Below are positions 38,477 to 49,700 of a stretch of 64,000 nt of DNA, piece by piece. A program made the translations under genes and the position numbers. Positions within the stretch are counted from its first letter, which is position 1; each line of letters opens with the position of its first letter. The notes under the pieces were generated by a model. It searched no databases, was not told where the DNA came from, and saw nothing but the letters and a program-made list of their open reading frames with translations. The stretch is from Eledone cirrhosa (taxonomy: Eukaryota): positions 40,796,001 to 40,860,000 of the forward strand of contig OZ024748.1 in NCBI GenBank assembly GCA_964016885.1. Direction: 5' to 3'.

Positions 38477-38534
38477 TATATTTATGACAGGTATGTTTTG
38501 AAACAGCGAGCGAATTTGAAATTAGAAATAGAAT
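38381..38534. repeat. ~154-bp near-perfect palindrome with (TA)n centre
   Basis: ~60-bp arms 38381-38441 and 38475-38534; the spacer is self-complementary (TA)n. Confidence 0.95.
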
Positions 38535-38644
38535 CTTTCGCCGTATTTTTGACTAAAGAAATTTTAGCCTGATAGTGGAGTTTAGAACCCTCAGAGGAAT
38601 GGAAAAAGATGAGTATTGATGTACATACCCATATATATATATAT

Positions 38645-38747
38645 ATGAGTGACACACGGTCACCCGACCAATCTTGCTTCAAGTGGGAAAACTCCCGTCT
38701 AACCCATGCTAGCGTGGAAGATAGACGTTTAAACGATGATGATGATA
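38645..38747 (+). mobile_element. RTE-type 3' tail fragment ending in (GAT)n
   Basis: cccgtctaacccatgctagcgtggaa..gacgtt.aaacgatgatgat; related to 35692, 37945, 34166 and 40686. Confidence 0.7.
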
Positions 38748-38795
38748 TTAAATAATGGTAGTTAAGACGGGGTTAAATCACCATAATTATTTATT

Positions 38796-38846
38796 GCATT
38801 ATATATATTTCTGTTATATGGTTATTCATGTGACTTCGTCAGATGC
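38796..38846 (-). ncRNA. Degenerate minimal hammerhead motif (core intact, helix II decayed), ~70 nt past the exon D donor
   Basis: Minus: gcau CUGACGA agucacaug-aauaac-cauauaaca GAAA uauauaUA augc AAUAAA. Confidence 0.65.
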
Positions 38847-38918
38847 TTACGAATCACTTTGTGTGTGTGTGTGAAGTAACTCAGTATGATGCCGACTTAG
38901 AAATATAAAGTTCCTCAC

Positions 38919-39003
38919 CTGAGCTTTATCCGTACTATCAGCACATAAATAATTTACAGACATGTGGTTGTAAGCATTAATAATCAACTGGAAGCAATTT
39001 GGT
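38919..39003 (-). CDS. RASA1: p120 RasGAP exon D (PH): (R)PNCFQLIINAYNHMSVNYLCADSTDKAQ
   Basis: cag|A...CAG|gtgag, 85 nt; RPNCFQ motif. Confidence 0.96.
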
Positions 39004-39049
39004 CTGGAATAGAAATTAAATAAATCATTAGATTTTCATTTTCTTATAA

Positions 39050-39265
39050 CTTTTTCTCTCACATTCTCTCCCTTCCTCCTGACCTCTCTCCCTTCTTCCC
39101 TCCTTACCTCTCTCTCTCTCCCTCCCATCCTCCCTACCTCTCTCCCTTCCTTCCTCTCTACCTCTCTCTCGCTTCCTTCCTCCCTACCTACACCCCTCTC
39201 TCTTCCTCCCCACATTTCCCTATCCCCCTCCTACTTCTCTCTCCCTCAATAGCCCCTCCTCTTTC
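39050..39265. repeat. CT-rich low-complexity tract
   Basis: Almost pure pyrimidine on the plus strand. Confidence 0.9.
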
Positions 39266-39413
39266 ACACATGACATCCCCTTCAGTGGGTTATTGAAATA
39301 AAGTATCAGTAAACTACTTGGGTTGATCTACTCAACTTTGCCCTAAACTATATAAATCAATGTTTGTAAGTTCAGCTAAACAGAGTTGAAAGTAAAATAA
39401 AATATCAACTTAC

Positions 39414-39487
39414 CGCCCAAAAAAACTGTCATGGACTGGGTATATAGAACTGAAGGCAAGATCTATCATCCCTTTTGGCTTTGATCT
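39414..39487 (-). CDS. RASA1: p120 RasGAP exon C (PH): RSKPKGMIDLAFSSIYPVHDSFFG(R)
   Basis: cag|AGA...CG|gtaag, 74 nt; KPKGxIDL...VHDSxFGR. Confidence 0.97.
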
Positions 39488-39735
39488 CTGAAAATAGAAA
39501 CAAAATATTACTGTTGGGTCTCCAGTATCACCAGCAACCCCACTCCCTCTTATTATTATGTCACCAACATGGCTGTGTACTGGGGGCTAGAGTAAGGGAA
39601 GTGTAAGGAGATTGGAGAGGTAGATCTAGGGTGGGGTGGGAGACTTATCTGGTGAAGGGTTCGGTGTTAGGACGTAGATGTATGCTTCAACCCACACGTG
39701 GAAATGCGGGTCTTCTGTATTACTGCATAACATCA

Positions 39736-39957
39736 GACCTCGATCCAGAGTCAAGACCTCGATCCAGAGTCAAGACCTCGATCCAGAGTCAAGACCTCGA
39801 TCCCGAATCAAGACCTCGATCCCGAATCAAGACCTCGATCCCAAGTCAAGACCTTGATCCTGAGTCAAGACCTCGATCCTGAGTCAAGATCTTGATCCCG
39901 AGTCAAGATCTTGATCCCGAGTCAAGATCTTGATCCTGAGTCAAGATCTTGATCCTG
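39736..39957. repeat. 19-bp minisatellite (GACCTCGATCCMGAGTCAA), ~11.5 copies
   Basis: Direct periodicity with a left-to-right variant gradient. Confidence 0.96.
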
Positions 39958-40023
39958 TCTTATAATAGTTTAATATTATAAACAGTGAAAAGAGAAAACA
40001 ATAGAAACATTTCAAAACTTTAC

Positions 40024-40106
40024 CCTTTCGTTTTCAAAATAACGCAGCTGCCGTTCTGTTCCATTCAAAATAAAATACATATTTTTCCATTTTTTGGTCT
40101 TTTGTC
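40024..40106 (-). CDS. RASA1: p120 RasGAP exon B (PH): (R)QKTKKWKNMYFILNGTERQLRYFENER
   Basis: tag|GA...AGG|gtaaa, 83 nt; WKNxYFIL motif. Confidence 0.97.
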
Positions 40107-40318
40107 CTAGAATTAAAAACAATTTCAAATCTAATTAATTCAACCGAAAACTTATTAATGACGACATAATATATATTTCTTTTAAATAAAAACAAAAACA
40201 CTTTTGACAAATTTCAAGACTTAAGACATGTTAATAAAACTCATTTATTTTCCAGGTCTTGAGAGAAAATGAAACTATTAAACTATAAGAATAAAAACAT
40301 ATTTTCTACATTACTTAC

Positions 40319-40457
40319 GTTTCTTTAGATAACCCGTGATATCAATTCTGTCCCACTGTTTCTTAAGTAAGTTTGCCCCAGTACCTCGCTTCAAAGAAGC
40401 ATATAATTCCTTGGTTTTGGCAGAATCAAGGCTTGGGCCACTTCCATTGAGCACATC
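40319..40457 (-). CDS. RASA1: p120 RasGAP exon A (first in window; linker and PH start): DVLNGSGPSLDSAKTKELYASLKRGTGANLLKKQWDRIDITGYLKK
   Basis: tag|GAT...C|gtaag, 139 nt; KELY and GYLxK resemble human KEIY and GYLLKK (recalled). Confidence 0.92.
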
Positions 40458-40595
40458 CTAGAAAAACAAAAGAACCATGAATCATAAAAATGTTGGAAAA
40501 TAATTTACAAAATAGCTATCACCTTTCTTAAATATTAAAACTGTTGTGAAGAGGAATACCTTTTGAATTTAGAAGTTGATTGAATTGTTGATTTT

Positions 40596-40712
40596 GAGGG
40601 CATCCAGCTGTAGAAACCAAGCCAGAAACAGTTTTGTGTGAGCAAGAGATGGTCACCTGACCAGAGTTGCCTCAAACAGGACAACCTGTCTAACCCATGC
40701 AAGCATGGAAAA
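40596..40712 (+). mobile_element. SINE-like fragment with RTE-type tail
   Basis: gggcatccagctgtagaaa is the inverse of 38016-38036; gtctaacccatgcaagcatggaaaa tail. Confidence 0.68.
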
Positions 40713-40764
40713 TACTTTGAATTATACATACAGTCCATCTGATGGGCTTCTGATAAATTTCTGT

Positions 40765-43700
40765 TAACCTAACATTGACAAGGCACGGCATGACACTTTC
40801 CCAAGATGTCGTGTTGTAGGATTGACCCTAACATTGACAAGGCACGACATGACACTTTCCCAAGATGTCATGTTGTAGGATTGACCCTACCATTGACAAG
40901 GCACGACATGACACTTTCCCAAGATGTCGTGTTGTAGGATTGAACCTAACATTGACAAGGCACGACATGACACTTTCCCAAGATGTCGTGTTGTAGGATT
41001 GAACCTAACATTGACAAGGCACGACATGACACTTTCCCAAGATGTCGTGTTGTAGGATTGAACCTAACATTGACAAGGCACGACATGACACTTTCCCAAG
41101 ATGTCGTGTTGTAGGATTGACCCTACCATTGACAAGGCACGACATGACACTTTCCCAACATTGACAAGGCACGACATGACACTTTCCTAACATTGACAAG
41201 GCACGACATGACACTTTCCCAAGATGTCGTGTTGTAGGATTGAACCTAACATTGACAAGGCATGACATGACACTTTCCCAAGATGTCATGTTGTAAGATT
41301 GAACCTAACATTGACAAGGCATGACATGACACTTTCCCAACATTGACAAGGCACGACATGACACTTTCCTAACATTGACAAGGCACGACATGACACTTTC
41401 CCAAGATGTCGTGTTGTAGGATTGAACCTAACATTGACAAGGCATGACATGACACTTTCCCAAGATGTCATGTTGTAGGATTGACCCTACCATTGACAAG
41501 GCACGACATGACACTTTCCCAAGATGTCGTGTTGTAGGACTGAACCTACCATTGACAAGGCACGACATGACACTTTCCCAAGATGTCGTGTTGTAGGATT
41601 GAACCTAACATTGACAAGGCACGACATGACACTTTCCCAAGATGTCGTGTTGTAGGATTGAACCTAACATTGACAAGGCACGACATGACACTTTCCAAAG
41701 ATGTCGTGTTGTAGGATTGACCCTACCATTGACAAGGCACGACATGACACTTTCACAAGATGTCGTGTTGTAGGATTGAACCTAACATTGACAAGGCATG
41801 ACATGACACTTTCCCAACATTGACAAGGCACGACATGACACTTTCCTAACATTGACAAGGCACGACATGACACTTTCCCAAGATGTCGTGTTGTAGGATT
41901 GAACCTAACATTGACAAGGCACGACATGACACTTTCCTAACATTGACAAGGCACGACATGACACTTTCCCAAGATGTCGTGTTGTAGGATTGAACCTAAC
42001 ATTGACAAGGCATGACATGACACTTTCCCAAAATTGACAAGGCACGACATGACACTTTCCTACCATTGACAAGGCACGACATGACACTTTCACAAGATGT
42101 CGTGTTGTAGGATTGAACCTAACATTGACAAGGCATGACATGACACTTTCCCAACATTGACAAGGCACGACATGACACTTTCCTAACATTGACAAGGCAC
42201 GACATGACACTTTCCCAAGATGTTGTGTTGTAGGATTGAACCTAACATTGACAAGGCATGACATGACACTTTCCCAAGATGTCATGATGTAGGATTGAAC
42301 CTAACATTGACAAGGCATGACATGACACTTTCCCAAGATGTCATGTTGTAGGATTGACCCTACCATTGACAAGGCACGACATGACACTTTCCCAAGATGT
42401 CGTGTTGTAGGATTGAACCTAACATTGACAAGGCACGACATGACACTTTCCCAAGATGTCGTGTTGTAGGATTGAACCTAACATTGACAAGGCACGACAT
42501 GACACTTTCCCAAGATGTCGTGTTGTAGGATTGAACCTAACATTGACAAGGCACGACATGACTCTTTCCCAAGATGTCGTGTTGTAGGATTGAACCTAAC
42601 ATTGACAAGGCACGACATGACACTTTCCCAAGATGTCATGTTGTAGGATTGACCCTACCATTGACAAGGCACGACATGACACTTTCCCAAGATGTCATGT
42701 TGCAGGATTGACCCTACCATTGACAAGGCACGACATGACACTTTCCCAAGATGTCGTGTTGTAGGATTGAACCTAACATTGACAAGGCATGACATGACAC
42801 TTTCCCAACATTGACAAGGCACGACATGACACTTTCCTAACATTGACAAGGCACGACATGACACTTTCCCAAGATGTCGTGTTGTAGGATTGAACCTAAC
42901 ATTGACAAGGCATGACATGACACTTTCCCAAGATGTCGTGTTGTAGGATTGAACCTAACATTGACAAGGCACGACATGACACTTTCCCAACAAGATGTCG
43001 TGTTGTAGGATTGACCCTACCATTGACAAGGCACGACATGACACTTTCCCAAGATGTCATGTTGTAGGATTGAACCTAACATTGACAAGGCATGACATGA
43101 CACTTTCCCAACAAGATGTCGTGTTGTAGGATTGACCCTACCATTGACAAGGCACGACATGACACTTTCCCAAGATGTTGTGTTGTAGAATTGACCGTAC
43201 CATTGACAAGGCACGACATGACACTTTCCCAAGATGTCGTGTTGTAGCATTGAACCTACAATTGACAAGGCACGACATGACACTTTCCCAAGATGTCGTG
43301 TTGTAGGATTGAACCTACCATTGACAAGGCACGACATGACACTTTCCCAAGATGTCGTGTTGTAGGATTGAACCTAACATTGACAAGGCACGACATGACA
43401 CTTTCCCAAGATGTCGTGTTGTAGGATTGAACCTAACATTGACAAGGCACGACATGACTCTTTCCCAAGATGTCGTGTTGTAGGATTGAACCTAACATTG
43501 ACAAGGCACGACATGACACTTTCCCAAGATGTCATGTTGTAGGATTGACCCTACCATTGACAAGGCACGACATGACACTTTCCCAAGATGTCATGTTGTA
43601 GGATTGACCCTACCATTGACAAGGCACGACATGACACTTTCCCAAGATGTCGTGTTGTAGGATTGAACCTAACATTGACAAGGCATGACATGACACTTTC

Positions 43701-46700
43701 CCAACATTGACAAGGCACGACATGACACTTTCATAACATTGACAAGGCACGACATGACACTTTCCCAAGATGTCGTGTTGTAGGATTGAACCTAACATTG
43801 ACAAGGCATGACATGACACTTTCCCAAGATGTCGTGTTGTAGGATTGAACCTAACATTGACAAGGCACGACATGACACTTTCCCAACAAGATGTCGTGTT
43901 GTAGGATTGACCCTACCATTGACAAGGCACGACATGACACTTTCCCAAGATGTCATGTTGTAGGATTGAACCTAACATTGACAAGGCATGACATGACACT
44001 TTCCCAACAAGATGTCGTGTTGTAGGATTGACCCTACCATTGACAAGGCACGACATGACACTTTCCCAAGATGTTGTGTTGTAGAATTGACCGTACCATT
44101 GACAAGGCACGACATGACACTTTCCCAAGATGTCGTGTTGTAGCATTGAACCTACAATTGACAAGGCACGACATGACACTTTCCCAAGATGTCGTGTTGT
44201 AGGATTGAGCCTAACATTGACAAGGCACGACATGACACTTTCCCAAGATGTCGTGTTGTAGGATTGAACCTAACATTGACAAGGCACGACATGACACTTT
44301 CCCAAGATGTCGTGTTGTAGGATTGAACCTACCACTGACAAGGCACGACATGACACTTTCCCAAGATGTCGTCTTGTAGCATTGAACCTACCATTGACAA
44401 GGCACGACATGACACTTTCCCAAGATGTCGTCTTGTAGCATTGAACCTACCATTGACAAGGCACGACATGACACTTTCCCAAGATGTTGTGTTGTAGGAT
44501 TGAACCTAACATTGACAAGGCATGACATGACACTTTCCCAAGATGTCATGTTGTAGGATTGACCCTACCATTGATAAGGCACGACATGACACTTTCCCAA
44601 GATGTCATGTTGTAGGATTGACCCTACCATTGACAAGGCACGACATGACACTTTCCCAAGATGTCGTGTTGTAGGATTGAACCTAACATTGACAAGGCAT
44701 GACATGACACTTTCCCAACATTGACAAGGCACGACATGACACTTTCCCAAGATGTTGTGTTGTAGGATTGAACCTAACATTGACAAGGCACGACATGACA
44801 CTTTCCCAAGATGTCGTGTTGTAGGATTGAACCTAACATTGACAAGGCATGACATGACACTTTCCCAACATTGACAAGGCACGACATGACACTTTCCCAA
44901 GATGTTGTGTTGTAGGATTGAACCTAACATTGACAAGGCATGACATGACACTTTCCCAAGATGTCGTGTTGTAGGATTGAACCTAACATTGACAAGGCAC
45001 GACATGACACTTTCCCAAGATGTCCTGTTGTAGGATTGAACCTAACATTGACAAGGCACGACATGACACTTTCCCAAGATGTCGTGTTGTAGGATTGAAC
45101 CTACCATTGACAAGGCACGACATGACACTTTCCCAAGATGTCGTGTTGTAGGATTGACCCTAACATTGTCGTGTTGTAGGATTGAACCTAACATTGTCGT
45201 GTTGTAGGATTGAACCTAACATTGACAAGGCACATGACACTTTCCCAAGATGTCGTGTTGTAGGATTGAACCTAACATTGTCGTGTTGTAGGATTGAACC
45301 TACCATTGACAAGGCACATGACACTTTCCCAAGATGTCGTGTTGTAGGATTGAACCTAACATTGACAAGGCACGACATGACACTTTCCCAACAAGATGTC
45401 GTGTTGTAGGATTGACCCTACCATTGACAAGGCACGACATGACACTTTCCCAAGATGTCATGTTGTAGGATTGAACCTAACATTGACAAGGCATGACATG
45501 ACACTTTCCCAACAAGATGTCGTGTTGTAGGATTGACCCTACCATTGACAAGGCACGACATGACACTTTCCCAAGATGTCATGTTGTAGGATTGAACCTA
45601 ACATTGACAAGGCATGACATGACACTTTCCCAACAAGATGTCGTGTTGTAGCATTGAACCTACCATTGACAAGGCACGACATGACACTTTCCCAAGATGT
45701 TGTGTTGTAGGATTGACCCTACCATTGACAAGGCATGACATGACACTTTCCCAAGATGTCGTGTTGTAGGATTGAACCTACCATTGACAAGGCACGACAT
45801 GACACGTTCCCAAGATGTTGTGTTGTAGGATTGACTCTAAGATTGACAAGGCACGACATGACACTTTCCCAAGATGTCGTGTTGTAGGATTGACCCTACC
45901 ATTGACAAGGCACGACATGACACTTTCCCAAGATGTCGTGTTGTAGGATTGAACCTACCATTGACAAGGCACGACATGACACTTTCCCAAGATGTTGTGT
46001 TGTAGGATTGAACCTACCATTGACAAGGCACGACATGACACTTTCCCAAGATGTCGTGTTGTAGCAATGAACCTACCATTGACAAGGCACGACATGACAC
46101 TTTCCCAAGATGTTGTGTTGTAGGATTGAACCTACCATTGACAAGGCACGACATGACACTTTCCCAAGATGTTGTGTTGTAGGATTGAACCTACCATTGA
46201 CAAGGCACGACATGACACTTTCCCAAGATGTCGTGTTGTAGCAATGAACCTACCATTGACAAGGCACGACATGACACTTTCCCAAGATGTTGTGTTGTAG
46301 AATTGACCGTACCATTGACAAGGCACGACATGACACTTTCCCAAGATGTCGTGTTGTAGGATTGAACCTACCATTGACAAGGCACGACATGACACTTTCT
46401 CAAGATGTTGTGTTGTAGGATTGAACCTACCATTGACAAGGCACGACATGACACTTTCCCAAGATGTCGTGTTGTAGGATTGAACCTACCATTGACAAGG
46501 CACGACATGACACTTTCCCAAGATGTCGTGTTGTAGGATTGAACCTAACATTGACAAGGCACGACATGACCCTTTCCCAAGATGTCGTGTTGTAGGATTG
46601 AACCTAACATTGACAAGGCACGACATGACACTTTCCCAACATTGACAAGGCACGACATGACACTTTCCCAAGATGTTGTGTTGTAGAATTGACCCTACCA

Positions 46701-49700
46701 TTGACAAGGCACGACATGACACTTTCCCAAGATGTCGTGTTGTAGGATTGAACCTACCATTGACAAGGCACGACATGACACTTTCCCAAGATGTTGTGTT
46801 GTAGGATTGAACCTACCATTGACAAGGCACGACATGACACTTTCCCAAGATGTCGTGTTGTAGGATTGAACCTAACATTGACAAGGCACGACATGACACT
46901 TTCCCAACAAGATGTCGTGTTGTAGGATTGACCCTACCATTGACAAGGCACGACATGACACTTTCCCAAGATGTCATGTTGTAGGATTGAACCTAACATT
47001 GACAAGGCATGACATGACACTTTCCCAACAAGATGTCGTGTTGTAGGATTGACCCTACCATTGACAAGGCACGACATGACACTTTCCCAAGATGTTGTGT
47101 TGTAGAATTGACCGTACCATTGACAAGGCACGACATGACACTTTCCCAAGATGTCGTGTTGTAGCATTGAACCTACCATTGACAAGGCACGACATGACAC
47201 TTTCCCAAGATGTCGTGTTGTAGGATTGACCCTAACATTGACAAGGCACGACATGACACTTTCCCAAGATGTCGTGTTGTAGGATTGACTCTAAGATTGA
47301 CAAGGCACGACATGACACTTTCCCAAGATGTCGTGTTGTAGGATTGACCCTACCATTGACAAGGCACGACATGACACTTTCCCAAGATGTCGTGTTGTAG
47401 GATTGAACCTACCATTGACAAGGCACGACATGACACTTTCCCAAGATGTTGTGTTGTAGGATTGAACCTACCATTGACAAGGCACGACATGACACTTTCC
47501 CAAGATGTTGTGTTGTAGGATTGACTCTAAGATTGACAAGGCACGACATGACACTTTCCCAAGATGTCGTGTTGTAGGATTGACCCTACCATTGACAAGG
47601 CACGACATGACACTTTCCCAAGATGTCGTGTTGTAGGATTGAACCTACCATTGACAAGGCACGACATGACACTTTCCCAAGATGTTGTGTTGTAGGATTG
47701 AACCTACCATTGACAAGGCACGACATGACACTTTCCCAAGATGTCGTGTTGTAGCAATGAACCTACCATTGACAAGGCACGACATGACACTTTCCCAAGA
47801 TGTTGTGTTGTAGGATTGAACCTACCATTGACAAGGCACGACATGACACTTTCCCAAGATGTTGTGTTGTAGGATTGAACCTACCATTGACAAGGCACGA
47901 CATGACACTTTCCCAAGATGTCGTGTTGTAGCAATGAACCTACCATTGACAAGGCACGACATGACACTTTCTCAAGATGTTGTGTTGTAGAATTGACCGT
48001 ACCATTGACAAGGCACGACATGACACTTTCCCAAGATGTCGTGTTGTAGGATTGAACCTACCATTGAAAAGGCACGACATGACACTTTCTCAAGATGTTG
48101 TGTTGTAGGATTGAACCTACCATTGACAAGGCACGACATGACACTTTCCCAAGATGTCGTGTTGTAGGATTGAACCTACCATTGACAAGGCACGACATGA
48201 CACTTTCCCAAGATGTCGTGTTGTAGGATTGAACCTAACATTGACAAGGCACGACATGACCCTTTCCCAAGATGTCGTGTTGTAGGATTGAACCTAACAT
48301 TGACAAGGCACGACATGACACTTTCCCAACATTGACAAGGCACGACATGACACTTTCCCAAGATGTTGTGTTGTAGAATTGACCCTACCATTGACAAGGC
48401 ACGACATGACACTTTCCCAAGATGTCGTGTTGTAGGATTGAACCTACCATTGACAAGGCACGACATGACACTTTCCCAAGATGTTGTGTTGTAGGATTGA
48501 ACCTACCATTGACAAGGCACGACATGACACTTTCCCAAGATGTCGTGTTGTAGGATTGAACCTAACATTGACAAGGCACGACATGACACTTTCCCAACAA
48601 GATGTCGTGTTGTAGGATTGACCCTACCATTGACAAGGCACGACATGACACTTTCCCAAGATGTCATGTTGTAGGATTGAACCTAACATTGACAAGGCAT
48701 GACATGACACTTTCCCAACAAGATGTCGTGTTGTAGGATTGACCCTACCATTGACAAGGCACGACATGACACTTTCCCAAGATGTTGTGTTGTAGAATTG
48801 ACCGTACCATTGACAAGGCACGACATGACACTTTCCCAAGATGTCGTGTTGTAGCATTGAACCTACCATTGACAAGGCACGACATGACACTTTCCCAAGA
48901 TGTCGTGTTGTAGGATTGACCCTAACATTGACAAGGCACGACATGACACTTTCCCAAGATGTCGTGTTGTAGGATTGAACCTAACATTGACAAGGCACGA
49001 CATGACACTTTCCCAAGATGTCGTGTTGTAGGATTGAACCTACCATTGACAAGGCACGACATGACACTTTCCCAAGATGTCGTCTTGTAGCATTGAACCT
49101 ACCATTGACAAGGCACGACATGACACTTTCCCAAGATGTCGTCTTGTAGCATTGAACCTACCATTGACAAGGCACGACATGACACTTTCCCAAGATGTCA
49201 TGTTGTAGGATTGACCCTACCATTGATAAGGCACGACATGACACTTTCCCAAGATGTCATGTTGTAGGATTGACCCTACCATTGACAAGGCACGACATGA
49301 CACTTTCCCAAGATGTCGTGTTGTAGGATTGAACCTAACATTGACAAGGCATGACATGACACTTTCCCAACATTGACAAGGCACGACATGACACTTTCCC
49401 AAGATGTTGTGTTGTAGGATTGAACCTAACATTGACAAGGCATGACATGACACTTTCCCAAGATGTCGTGTTGTAGGATTGAACCTAACATTGACAAGGC
49501 ACGACATGACACTTTCCCAAGATGTCGTGTTGTAGGATTGAACCTAACATTGACAAGGCACGACATGACACTTTCCCAAGATGTCGTGTTGTAGCATTGA
49601 ACCTACCATTGACAAGGCACGACATGACACTTTCCCAAGATGTCGTGTTGTAGGATTGACCCTAACATTGACAAGGCACGACATGACACTTTCCCAAGAT

